Shown here: in pieces, positions 52,005-64,000 of the stretch | Layout of the letters: each line of letters opens with the position of its first letter | Numbering within the stretch: the stretch's first letter is position 1 | NCBI RefSeq assembly: GCF_006345805.1 | Contig: NC_043004.1 | Span: 92,380,001 to 92,444,000 of the forward strand | DNA length: 64,000 nt | From: Octopus sinensis | Taxonomy: Eukaryota | Direction: 5' to 3' | The notes under the pieces: generated by a model | Seen by the model: the letters and a program-made list of their open reading frames with translations, nothing else | Told to the model about the DNA's origin: nothing | Database searches by the model: none | Made by a program: the position numbers and the translations under genes

Positions 52005-52824
52005 GGCAGCGGACTCGCGGTCGGCGGATCGCGGTTTCGATTCCCAGACCGGGCGCTCTGTGTGTTTATTGAGCGAAAACACCTAAAAGCTCCACGAGCC
52101 TCCGGCAGGAGTGTGTGTGGTGACCCCTGTTGTACTCTTTCACCCCAACTTTCTCTTACTATATATATACGCATACACACACGCACATATATGTATATAT
52201 TTGTATCTATGTATTAGCGACAGAAGCGTTATTAATACTGAGATGTAATATTTATGCCGACTTGAAAGTGAATGTTCTGTTGGAACAAACTATACTGCGG
52301 TAGTTACCATGAGAGAAGCTCTTAAATTGACTCTTGGAAATGGTGGGGATTTGTCTCCCCGCTTGTAATATAAACAAGAGTGCAATCTCTTGTGAATGAA
52401 TTTGGGAACGGAGAGTATAAGGAAGCCATAGACATATGTGTGTGCGTATCTTTGTGTTTGTTCCGTCCACCGCTTGACAACTGCTATATGTTTTTTTAAC
52501 GTCAGTGTAACATAGTGGTCGGGTAAGAGGAACTGATAAAACGAATACTTTAAGGAAAATAAGTACTTGGATCGATGCAACGACTGAAACAAATAAAAGA
52601 TAGAAGATATTACATACTTTCTGAAACACACACATAAACAAACATATATGCGTATACGGAAATATATTAACAAGTATTTTTCCAGTCCCATTCAGTATAA
52701 AATTGTACATACACCCAGTTCTTACAACGTCAAAACTTCTGCAAAGTATTGGCCATATAAGGCCAGGCCTTTATGGTTGTTCATTGTGATGTCGTCAATA
52801 TGTTTTTACCTTAAAGTTTCGATT

Positions 52825-53212
52825 GGATGGAAGCACTCCGTCGGTTACGACGACGAAGGTTCCGGTTGATCCGAATCAACGGAACAGCCTACTCGTGAAA
52901 TTAACGTGTAAGTGGCTGAGCACTCCACAGACACGTGTACCCTTAACGTAGTTCTCGGAGATATTCAGCGTGATACAGAGAGTGACAAGGCCGGCCCTTT
53001 GAAATACAGGTACAACAGAAACAGGAAGTAAGAGTGAGAGAAAGTTGTGGTGAAAGAGTACAACAGGGATCACCACCATCTCCTGCTGGAGCCTTGTGGT
53101 GCTTTAGGTGTTTTCGCTCAATAAACACTCACAACGCCCGGTCTGGGAATCGAAACCGCGATCCTATGACCGCGAGTCCGCTGCCCTAACCACTGGGCCA
53201 TTGCGCCTCCAC
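52825..53212 (-). mobile_element. SINE family C, full length, 12-bp TSD
   Basis: TSD AAAGTTTCGATT at 52813-52824 and 53213-53224; close reverse-complement of 49843-50208. Confidence 0.93.
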
Positions 53213-53737
53213 AAAGTTTCGATTACAGCTGTTTGAATACTAATCAAATTTGAGAATAAAATGTTGCTGCCGCAGGAATAATTCATTCAGTCTAGATCGT
53301 CACATTCGGATGCGACCACGACAAAATGTATGGCGTCATTGATTTACGTCGCTTTATCTTCTGAGTAAAAATCCTGCCGGTTAGGCTTGTTAATCGTTCC
53401 ATCGCCAATAACAAGGGTCATTATCATCAAGTCAGGTGGCTTGCCTGGACCAGTAAGTCATATTGGTCGTTCATTAGCTGAATATACTTGTAGTTAGGTC
53501 TGAAATATTAACATTAGTTTTGTTTCTAGTTTTCAAAGAAAGAAGAAAATCTGAAGGCCTTGTAATTGAGAGATCTCAACCATCTTGGACGATTAACAAG
53601 AGAGGATGGATATTCTGATTCTAAATAGCCATGAATGCAAAAATGATTTAGAAAGCTCGTGGTTCAGTAGTTTTTATTGTATACATGACTTCTAGTGACC
53701 CAACTTTGAAACATTTTGTAACCAAATGTTTATTTAG

Positions 53738-53818
53738 AAAAGAGTTTTACTTGTCAATAAAATAGCTTTGCTTGTCAATAAAAGAGTTTTACTTGTCAAT
53801 AAAAAAATTTTACTTGTC
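53738..53818. repeat. Minisatellite, ~4 x 21 bp
   Basis: Unit aaaagagttttacttgtcaat at 53738, 53759, 53780, 53801. Confidence 0.85.
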
Positions 53819-54443
53819 TGCATATTTTTTCCTCTTTTTGATTAGTCTTCGGACAACTATAATCGAAACTGGAGGCAGTGGAAAGAACATATTGATTACA
53901 CTACAATGATCAACTATAAAGAGATGGTCTTACATGGCCAATATTTCGCAGGTGTTTTCATCTTGTAAGAACTAAATCAATGTACAATTTTATACAGATT
54001 GGGGCAACAAAAATATTTACCATGCAACAACAGGTCTTTACTACGAGACTTATATTTGAAAGGAGTATCTATAACGCTTACATTATTCATAGTATAAAAC
54101 GTCGAAATAGGTGCAGGCATGTCTCTGATGCTTTGCAAACATTTGGTTTCGGGTTCAATCCCACGGCACGGTGTCTTGAGCAAGTATCTTCTACTAGGAG
54201 TGGCTGTGTGGTAAGTAGCTTGCTTACCAACCACATGGTTCTGGGTTCAGTCCTACTGCGTGGCACCTTGGGCAAGTGTCCCAATCGATCTCAGCCTATC
54301 CATCACTGCAGACACAGCCGCATATACGATTGATAGATCGTAGATTCGGTTCCCAGACTGGGTGGTGCGTTGGGTTCTTGAACCAAACACTTCATTTCAC
54401 CTGATTCCAGTCCACTCAGCTGTAAATGGGTAAACTTGCGACG

Positions 54444-54768
54444 GAATAATCTTCTGCTTCAGAAAAAATGTGTCCTTCACCAGGGTTGTCTTGAACTGGT
54501 GACCAGCACGGGCTCCGCGGAGCATGTTGAATAATTGGTTGACGTTGTTCATACTTGCTGCTGCCACCGGGCGCTCGACTTCTTCCGCCCAGAACTTTTC
54601 TGGCCAACTGAGATGGCGTTGTTGCAATATGAAGACGTACCTTTGAGCCGACGGTACTCATTCGTTCTCCATGCAGCCGAGCCTTGCAGCGGCAGTTGCT
54701 GCTCTCCTAATACCGCAGTTAGAGCTAGAACCGCTTTAGAGCTTACTGGAACATCACGTGCAGAACGA
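54444..54768 (-). mobile_element. LINE ORF2 linker fragment (RTE-like), decayed
   Basis: AWRTNEYRRLKG...KFWAEEVERPVAAASMNNVNQLFNMLR resembles the post-endonuclease W-x-E...AA..GN.R.LF..IR linker of RTE-type LINEs; frameshifted. Confidence 0.55.
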
Positions 54769-54797
54769 TACATATATATATATATATATATACACAT

Positions 54798-54830
<33 letters not shown>

Positions 54831-55508
54831 CATACACACACACACACACGCACACACACATACATATATATATATATACGACAGGCTTCCAAACAGTTTC
54901 CTACTTCCAAATTCACTTTCATAGTATTAGCGTGGATTTGTTGTAGAATACGCCTACCCAGGGTGCTGTATACTGGGACTGAACCCTAAACCTCGTAGTG
55001 GAAGACCGAGCTTCTAAAACACGTAGCCACGGCTGCACCCATACACACATACACATACACACACAATATTTATATATGTATATATAAAGAAATCCTGCAC
55101 CAATATGTTAATGATAAAAAACCTATGCCTTTCTTTATCTCACTCCCACTTCACACCCACAAATACAAATCAAAGAATACACATACACTCTTGGACCAAT
55201 AAAACACAAACACACCGTCACAAGCATGCGAACATACACATACACACACACGCACACGCACACTCACAAATATACACGACTACGCATACATATGGAGTAT
55301 TTCCAAATAAGATTTTCACTATCAAGTTCTGCCGTTCGATATTTATTAAGACTTCATGTTTGTCTGTGCTTCAAACGAGACTCTGCTGGGCGAGAAAACT
55401 GTGTCCACTCACAGATTGCATAATTTTCGCACTGCGAAATATAAACCATCTTGGCAGTAACATAATAGATATTTAACATAGTCTCACTTTTTTGTCTGTC
55501 TTTCCAAA

Positions 55509-55539
<31 letters not shown>

Positions 55540-55849
55540 TATTATCGTCTCTCTCTCTTTCAGATACACATCTACCCCCTCCCTCTCTGGATGTGAGCAC
55601 AGAGATTCGTGTTTTTTATGTGTGTGTGAGAGAGAGAGAGTGTGTGTGTTTGTGTATGTGTGTGTGTGGTTGGGTGGGCATATGCGTGCGTGTGAGTGCG
55701 TGTCCGTAATTGTCTGCATGGCAGCATTGTATGTATGTGTGTGTGTCTGATAACAAGAGAGAGAAAAGGGAGAGAGAGCGTCAGGGGAAAACAGAGAGAG
55801 AAAGAGAGAGAGAGAGAGAGTGTGTGTGTGTGTGTGTGTATGTGTGTGT

Positions 55850-56270
55850 GTGTGTGTGCACATGTATGCGACTCACAGTCTCTGATTTTGTGTTCCTGTA
55901 TGATTATGCTCTAGAGTAGGCTACGTGTGTGTATAGGTGTTTGAGTGAGTGTCTATCAGTGTGTGTGTGTGCTTTTTGGAGTCTGTATGTGTACTTCTTG
56001 GAGAGCGACTGAGAGAGAGAGAGAGGGAGAGAGCGGGAGAGAGGGAGAGGGAGTGTGTGTGTGTGTGTGTGCGTATACACGTGCATACCCCACAGCCCAT
56101 GATTTTGTGTCCCTGTTTGATTATGCTCTAGTGCATGCGTATGCACGTGTGTATAGGTGCGTGAGTGGGTGCATATCTGTGTGTGTGTGTGTGTGTGTGT
56201 ACTTTTTGGAGTGTGTATATGTACTTCTCGTAGAGAGAGAGGGAGAGAAGGAGAGCGTGTGTGTGGGAGG
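55850..56270. repeat. ~217-bp tandem duplication of a TG/GA-rich unit
   Basis: gattttgtgt.cctgt.tgattatgctctag at 55884 and 56101. Confidence 0.75.
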
Positions 56271-56370
56271 GGGTCCTACAAGTTTGCAGTTACTATTCTT
56301 GTCGTTATTCAGCCCCATGTCAATACAACACGGTCAGATCAATGAACAAAAGAACACCAATCGTGACCAT

Positions 56371-56777
56371 AGGCGCTGGAGTGGCTGTGTGGTAAGTAGC
56401 TTGTTTACCAACCACATGGTTCCGGGTTCAATCCCACTGCGTGGCACCTTGGGCAAGTGTCTTCTACTATAGCCTCGGGCCGACCAAAGCCTTGTGAGTG
56501 GATTTGGTAGACGGAATCTGAAAGAAGCCTGTCGTATATATGTATATATATACGTATGTGTGTGTGTGGGGTCTGTGTTTGTCCCCCTAGCATTGCTTGA
56601 CAACCGATGCTGGTTTGTTTACGTCCCCGTTACTTAGCGGCTCGGCAAAAGAGACCGATAGAATAAGTACTGGGCTTACAAAAGAATAAGTCCCGGGGTC
56701 GATTTTCTCGATTAAAGGCGGTGCTCCAGCATGACCACAGTCAAATGACTGAAACAAGTAAAAGAGTAAAAGAGAGT
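56371..56777 (+). mobile_element. SINE family B, full length
   Basis: Reverse complement of 9987-10392. Confidence 0.92.
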
Positions 56778-57494
56778 ATCCACCCTTTTAGAAGTATTTA
56801 GGACTACACAAGCTGCTTTCCAAGCAGGTCCATCGGCCTTGTCCTTGTAAGGGTTCCATTCTTTGCTAACGTGTATTATTCCGTATGTGGCTGTTTGTAT
56901 CTGTGTACGCGTATGTGATTGTGTATGTGTCTGATATTTCTGTTGTGTACGTGTACGCAAACCTTTATGTTTACCGCATGAGCTTGTATGCTTCTGTGGG
57001 TCGGTGCGCGCGCGCGTTTTGCTGTACAATCAGCTATCTCTAAGGCCACAATTCTTAACCTGAGAAATATTCTTCATGTCTCTGGGAGTAAATTTCAAAA
57101 CTAATGACGGAATTTTGGCTGTTGTTGTTGTTGTTGCTTTGTTTTTTGGCTTGCCTTCATTTTATTAATGATTTTTGAGAATACTAATGTCAAATTAATA
57201 TACAAAGTTGTGGAGGTTATCCATAAACTGTACTGTGTACAAGATTACCATTGTTCCATTCGTTTTGAGAGAAGAAGGCGTAAACGAAATGGTGAAAGAC
57301 AGCAAAACAGGAAAAAACATTAAGAAGCACTAAACGTTAGTTAATGCTTTCTCGATCTGTCAGTTCATTACTCCTATATTTAAATTATTCTACATAGAAA
57401 ATATAAATATATTTAATATGCGGACGTGTGTGTGTATGAGTGTGTGTATTTCTTGGTAGAGGAGTACACCCTCGCATATATACTAATATGTTTA

Positions 57495-57711
57495 ATATTA
57501 CTTTCAAATTTTGGCACAAGGCCAGTAATTGCTGGGGAGGGAGTAAATCGATTACACCGACCCCAGGGTTCAGCTGGTATTGATTTTTCGACCCCGAAGA
57601 GGTGAAAGATAAAGTCGACCCCGACGGCACATGAGCTCGGAACGTAAAGTCGGAAGAAATGCTGCTAAGCATTTTTCACGGAGCTGTAACAATTCCGTCA
57701 GCTCACTGCCT
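57495..57711 (-). mobile_element. Old SINE family A'
   Basis: Degenerate central domain tcgaccccgaagaggtgaaagataaagtcgacc. Confidence 0.7.
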
Positions 57712-57737
57712 GACAAATATGAATGGTTCATATTATA

Positions 57738-57977
57738 TATTTCTTTACTACCCACAAGGGGCTAAACATAAAGGGGACAAAAAAGGACAAACAAAGAGAT
57801 TAAGTCGATTACATCGACCCCAGTGCGTAACTGGTACTTAATTTATCGACCCCGAAAGGATGAAGGGCAAAGTCGACCTCGGCGGAATTTGAACCCAGAA
57901 CACTTAACGGCAGACAAAATACGGCTACGCATTTCGCGCCCAACGTGCTAACGTTTCTGCCAGTTCGCCGCCCTTTT
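57738..57977 (-). mobile_element. SINE family A with 18-bp TSD
   Basis: TGAATGGTTCATATTATA (57720-57737) / TGAATGGTTCGTATTATA (57978-57995). Confidence 0.92.
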
Positions 57978-58479
57978 TGAATGGTTCGTATTATAAGAAC
58001 AATTATAACTAGTCCTTATTCCTTTCAGACATCAGGTAGACTGGCGACTTTCGATGACGTAATGGTATTATGTGGTTGTCGATTAGTGTTTTTCAATAAC
58101 GTTCCAAACATTGTAGTCGATGGGATTTAAACTTTGCGAGTTTGGAAGCTACAAGGCTAGTGGTACATTATTGTAAAGATTATCTGACATCCACTGATGA
58201 GTTAAATGGGCTTTGTGAGAAGATGGTGAGTCTTGTCGAAGCACGTATGGTTTTCCACTGTGCATTTCATTCATCCAGGGCTTACAACCTTCTCCAGCTC
58301 CTCAACATATCCAGCAGCATTTATTATAAGACCCTGTAAAAAGTTTTAAGGTGGTATGACACTCCTAAAAAGTCTCACAACTGCTAGAGACTTAATATCA
58401 AATACTCTAGGGAGAGCAGAAGAATATACACATAAGCCACTATAATTTCTCCTGTTAGACTTTTGGTTTTGGTCGAAGT

Positions 58480-60162
58480 TTGTCTTATCAGAGAATAACC
58501 AGAGCATACCTTGTTCAAGAGGGTTTTAAACTTTGTTGAGTAACCACTTTGCAAGGATCAAACGTTTTTCCTACGTCTTTGCGGGCATGAGTTGGCTTCT
58601 CTTTAGTACATACAACTTGTATTGAACCACAGTTCTGAAAATCCATTCCGATACATAGAGTTCTTTGGTGACAGTCCTCATTAATTTTAAAGAATCATCA
58701 ACGATAATGTTTTGAATTTGTTGGATGAATTACGTTGTCTAGTCCTTATAATAAGGAATAATGTCGGCTCTAAAACCGGTCTCACATGACTTCGGGCACT
58801 CTGTCCTAGTTCCCCACTCACATGCTTCACTTGAAGATCTTGACACGTCGATGACGAGTACGCAGGTGATTCTAAGAAAAATGAGCCAGGCTAGTTTGAT
58901 CAAGAAGATTTTAACTATTTAGTAAGAGACCTAGCATTGTCAAAGGAGAGTGCAGGAGTTTTGGGATCCAAACTACAACAACAGAATCTCCAACAGCAAG
59001 GTACGAAATTTCCATTTTCCGTTATCACAAAGGCTTATCCGTTCAAGGTTTAATAATGGTTGTTTCTGTCCTGACGTTAATGCACTCTGCAAAAACTAGA
59101 GCACGTGCATGTGGCTAGCAAATGGCGATTGTTTATAGACTCGAGTAAGGTTAGGCTCAAAGCTGTGTTGACACATAATGGTAATGAAAAACTTCCTTTC
59201 CTGTGGGCCATGTTGTCGGTATGGCAGAAACTTATGAATCGATGGATCTCTTTCTGAAAGGAGTTAATTACTCAGTTCACAAGTGGAATATTTGTGGTGA
59301 CTGAAAGGTGATTTCCCTTCTCCTAGGAATGCAGCTGGGATATACCAAAAGTATGTGTTTCTTGTGTCTTTGGAACAACCGCGACGACATTACACTGTAA
59401 AAGACAGGCCTAAAAGAGATGAGCACATAGTTGGTCAGTACAATGTGCAGCATGTGCCACTGGTAGACTTCTAAAAGATCTTCCTTCCACCCATTCATAT
59501 CAAACTCGGCCTCATGAAAAACTTCGTAAAAGCAATGACACACGATGGTCGTGGCTTCTAGTACCTAAAAGTAAAATTCGTCTTAGTTGTAAAGAACTTT
59601 CTTGGAAATCATAAAGCTGAATGCTATGCTGATTTAATAAACAGCATGATAACAGTGTATGAAAGAATGGGATGCCGAATGCATCCCACTTCTTGCATTC
59701 TTATCTCGATTTTTTTTCCAACGAATCTTGGCACCCTTTGTGATGAGCATGATGAGAGGTTCCACCAGGACATATCTGAGATGGAAACGAGGTATCAAGA
59801 CCGGTTCAATCCACACATGATGGGTCACAACTGCTGGTTCCTACAACGGGAGACCAGTATGATGCAGAAGCGCAAGAGTAATTGTCTCAAACATTTCTGA
59901 GCTGAGCATATCAAAAATAAAGTGAGTATTCCATTAAGATAAATATACGATGTACCATTAAATTATAATACTATTTGCCTTGAATATAAATTTACTATAT
60001 GCAGTGTTAATATACTATTATAATAATTACTTACTATTATGATAATTATTTTGATAATTATTTACTTTTCCTCATTCTAATATAGTATTGATATATAATT
60101 GTGCGCATAACTCAAAATCCTGATGTTCTACAGCAATTCTGATTTGTATGGGTAGCCCAGTG
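58480..60162 (+). mobile_element. Decayed Chapaev3-like (CMC superfamily) DNA transposon
   Basis: VRDLALSKESAGVLGSKLQQ; WRLFIDSSKVRLKAVLTHNGN; WNICGD*KVISLLLGMQLGYTKSMCFLCLW; LPPIHIKLGLMKNFVKAM; DEHDERFHQDISEMETRYQ. Stops and an internal deletion; possible 3' terminus CAGTG at 60158-60162; left end not found. Transposase identity is strong, the superfamily name is from memory. Confidence 0.7.
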
Positions 60163-60384
60163 TCCTAAAATACCACTCGCATCCTGTAGAGAACTAGAGT
60201 TGAAGAATAGTTCTTAAATTGATTATTGTTTTCATAATCATCACCATCATAATCATCATCATCGCCATCGTCATGATCATCATCACCATCACCATGATCA
60301 TATCATTGTCTCCTTCTTCATCGTCGCCATCGTCTTTATCATCATCGCCGTGCAATGAAGAAGAATAAATCAATAAATATATAA

Positions 60385-60411
60385 AGAAAGAAAGAAAGAA
60401 AGAAAGAAGGA

Positions 60412-60495
<84 letters not shown>

Positions 60496-60530
60496 ATGAA
60501 TGAATGAATGAAAGAAAGAAAGAAAGAGAG
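60385..60530. repeat. (GAAA)n microsatellite
   Basis: Direct repetition. Confidence 0.95.
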
Positions 60531-61009
60531 AAAGAAATTGTGTTATCCAGATGTTCATAATCATAATTATTGTTCACTGGGGTGAAGCAGAAGGGGAGGT
60601 AGTTTTAAGGATAAGTATTTATGTAGAAAGAGGAACAGAATTTTTTCAAGGTTGTAGATATAAAAATCAGTCAGATGAATAATTATAAAACTGTAATTAA
60701 AAATAAATATGTGAATAAGCTTAAGTGAATGACCAGACCTGATCTATAAAGCTACAATGCTTCCGCATATTTTTACAACTGTCTACAACTATAAAAATAC
60801 TCACATTTTCACATCGACATACATACGTACACAAACACACACATACATTCACACATATAGATATGTATGTATGTATATATATATGTACGTGTGCGTGTTT
60901 ATGTGTATACATACATACATACATACATACATACATGCATACATACATACATACATACATACATACATACATACTACATACATACATACATATATATATA
61001 TAAGACGTC

Positions 61010-61140
61010 GTAAATATCCAAGCCAGGTGTATACCGCAGTCTACTCTTCAGGCCAAGGATATAAAATGAAGCTTTCATTTAATCGCGATATCCTTGGCCT
61101 GGAGAGTAGCCTGCGGTATACACCTCGCTTGGATATTTAC
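61010..61140. repeat. Hairpin with 53-bp arms (3 mismatches) and 25-nt loop
   Basis: Arms 61010-61062 and 61088-61140; loop contains aaatgaa-gct-ttcattt. Confidence 0.92.
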
Positions 61141-61336
61141 CACTCATGTAGCCCAGATATTATCTACTCCATTCTTTAACTCCTGTATTCTTTTTTTCGC
61201 ACACCTTGGTCGCCTACCGGGAAATATAAAAATAAACCACTATTGTCTCTGAAAGTTGTTTTTTTATATTTACTAGGAGTTGCTTGAAGCTAACTTTCTT
61301 CCTACACCTTGATTCCTGGATCTTATATTTACATAC

Positions 61337-61400
<64 letters not shown>

Positions 61401-61403
61401 CCC

Positions 61404-61443
<40 letters not shown>

Positions 61444-61448
61444 ATAAA

Positions 61449-61709
61449 TGAAAGAATGGAGTCGAACGAAGATGTTAACAAAATTTCGATGACTGCCTAC
61501 ATGGTAATCAAAACGACAATAAGCTTACTACGTAGGCAGTCATCGAAATTTTTGTTTGTCTTGTTGCCGAGAGAGGCTCCCTTTCTTTCTTGATGAGAAG
61601 ATTACATCATACACCCTTTATTCCTTTGGAATGAAACCATGTGGTCTTCGAAACATATGTCGAGAGTAAAGGAATTTTGTTAACATCTTCGTTCGACTCC
61701 ATTCTTTCA
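61449..61709. mobile_element. 261-bp element with perfect 37-bp terminal inverted repeats enclosing a hammerhead motif and an internal hairpin
   Basis: 61449-61485 / 61673-61709 perfect inverted repeat; second inverted pair 61477-61500 / 61532-61556. Confidence 0.8.
61585..61666 (+). ncRNA. Type I hammerhead-like motif (GUC)
   Basis: CTTTC-TTGATGA-GAAGA-(loop)-TCTTC-GAAAC-ATAT-GTC-GAGAG: three stems pair, G10.1-C11.1 present, only C3 reads U; stem III region ACATATGT is self-complementary. Confidence 0.6.
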
Positions 61710-61871
61710 GTTATTCACATATAACACACAAATTTCTGCAAATGAACCCGGAGTTTCTACCCTTGGACAGGTCGCTTCAACCGTGTTTCTGACGCGAATT
61801 TGCTACCCTGGTATCGGTTCAACGAATTTTCCATGCTGACGATAAACATAGGATAATTCATTCACCTATTG

Positions 61872-61910
<39 letters not shown>

Positions 61911-62195
61911 AGTACGGTAAACTGAAAAAACTTCATTTTATATTTCACGATAGGCGACCATATAAAAGATATATAATATATATATATATAATATATATAT
62001 ATATATATAATCAAAGTTTGTGCATATACCTAGTAATATGCTGATTAAAGCAGTTTCACTGTCTATGGCTACCTGATGTTATTCCCAGTTTTGGCATAGG
62101 TGTAACTGGATCTACCTCAGGATTTCTACAATGATTATTGGTTGAGTATATAACAAATGCGGTAAACAGTCCATTCTCCGTTTTCATCATTTGTT

Positions 62196-62317
<122 letters not shown>

Positions 62318-62350
62318 TATATATATATATATATATATATATACGTATAT

Positions 62351-62392
<42 letters not shown>

Positions 62393-62405
62393 ATATATAT
62401 ATACG

Positions 62406-62469
<64 letters not shown>

Positions 62470-62504
62470 TACGTACTCGCATACTTACATACATACATAC
62501 ATAC

Positions 62505-62800
62505 TTGTGGAGCCTAGTGGTTAGAGTAGCGAACTCGCGGTCGAGGGATCGGGGGTTCGAATCTCAGACCAGGCGATGTGTGTGTTTATGAGCGAAACAC
62601 TTAAGCTCCACGAGGCTCCAGCAGAAGGTAATGGCGAACTTCTGCTGACTCTTTCGCCACAACTTTCTCTCACTCTTTCCTCCTGCATCTTGCAGCTCAC
62701 CTGCGACGGACCGGCGTCCCGTCCAGGTGCGGAACCTATACGCCAAAGAAACCGGGAAACCGGCCCTTATGAGCCAGGCATGGCTCGAGAAGGAACAAAA
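62505..62800 (+). mobile_element. SINE, family C-related head with third tail type
   Basis: GGAGCCTAGTGGTTAGAG...GGTTCGAATCTC head; tail ccggcgtcccgtccagg...aaaccgggaaaccggccc. Confidence 0.85.
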
Positions 62801-63505
62801 AGAAAAAATACATACATACTTACATGCGTGTGTGTGTCTGTCTGTCTGTGTACTTCGATGCTGTCGACTTGTTCGATTGGAGCTCAGAGTTCCCCAGCAC
62901 ACGGTGCTCATCGTCAGACAGGTGTCAAACAGCTGTGTTTTTTTTCTAACTGCTCGAAGGATAAAAGCTTTGGATAACAAAGAGAATCTTAGGTTTCGGA
63001 TAAAATAGATATATTTTGCTACTTGTATAATGTTGTCCTTTGTGAGTGTCATACTGTCATATTTTCAATAAAAATGCACTCATTGAGTGCTGTTTGCTTT
63101 TATTAAGCGATTGATTTATGAAAAATTAAAGGAACAACAACGGTTTCGCATTAAGGCTCTTATGAATCAAATACAAAAAAGAACAGCACACACACAAAGG
63201 CTCACACCCACACACATACATAGACACATGCACACGCACATACACATACATACATACATACATACATACATACATACATACATACATACATACATACAAA
63301 AATACCCTGTTGTTGATGTTCAAATTGCAATGAAGGAACATTGGATCTACATTAGAAACCGGCCCTTTCTTTATTGACAAGAATCTTGAAATAAAACTGA
63401 ACAATGACATATATGCATACATATCCAGATTCATTATTTAAAAGATTGACCCAGCCTCGTCTCGTGCAACGTAAACTTTCGTAGGCTATTTACAGAAAAT
63501 TTACC

Positions 63506-63608
63506 CTCCTTCTTTCCTTCTTTCCTGAGCGTCCAATAATACTATACTTGTTCCACGTCCTCGCGTTGTTGTGTTTTCCCTCTGTGTTTTCGTGTTTGGA
63601 TTAACTAT
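63506..63608 (+). mobile_element. Truncated copy of the 44263-44472 PLE-like element
   Basis: cctgagcgtccaataatactatacttgttccacgtcctcgcgttgttg shared; lacks the hammerhead part. Confidence 0.75.
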
Positions 63609-63614
63609 ATATAT

Positions 63615-63657
<43 letters not shown>

Positions 63658-63673
63658 TAGATACACACACACG

Positions 63674-63742
<69 letters not shown>

Positions 63743-63745
<3 letters not shown>

Positions 63746-64000
63746 GGCATGTGGCTTAGTTGTTAGGGTATCAGCATCATGATCGTAAGAGTGTGGTTTC
63801 GATTCCTGGACCGGGCGACGAGTTGTGTTCTTGAGAAAAACACTTCATTTTACGTTGCTCCAGTTCACTCAGCTGACTAAAATGAGTAACGCTGCGATGG
63901 ACTGGCTTCCCGTCCAGATGGGGAACACATTCGCCATTGAAACCGGGAAACTGGACCCATAGGCCTGGCTAGGCTTTAAAGGGGCCCGTTTATTTTATTT
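63743..64000 (+). mobile_element. SINE, family D head with third tail type
   Basis: GGCATGTGGCTTAGTTGTTAGG...GGTTTCGATTCC head, gttgctccagttcactcagctg body, gtaacgctgcgatggactggc tail. Confidence 0.8.

Overview
AT-rich, gene-poor eukaryotic DNA dominated by microsatellites and transposon debris. The repeat families match what I recall of octopod cephalopods (Octopus sp.); this assignment is an inference, not a search result. No complete protein-coding gene, rRNA, genuine tRNA or CRISPR array is supportable, and almost all ORF-track entries are translations of microsatellites or SINEs. Supported content: about 30 tRNA-derived SINE copies of several modular families (some with clean 11-18 bp target-site duplications), decayed LINE fragments (R4/Dong-like stacked in (AAT)n repeats, CR1-like, RTE-like), a Charlie-type hAT MITE, a non-autonomous Helitron, and a decayed Chapaev3-like transposase. 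The most notable signal is about a dozen type-I hammerhead-ribozyme-like motifs, several of them inside long near-perfect fold-back palindromes or between inverted repeats, most likely derived from Penelope-like retroelements (PLEs). There are also a few short candidate exons with strong splice signals, including a textbook AG|GTAAGT recursive-splice-like site. All alignments and folds were done by eye; coordinates of decayed repeats are approximate.
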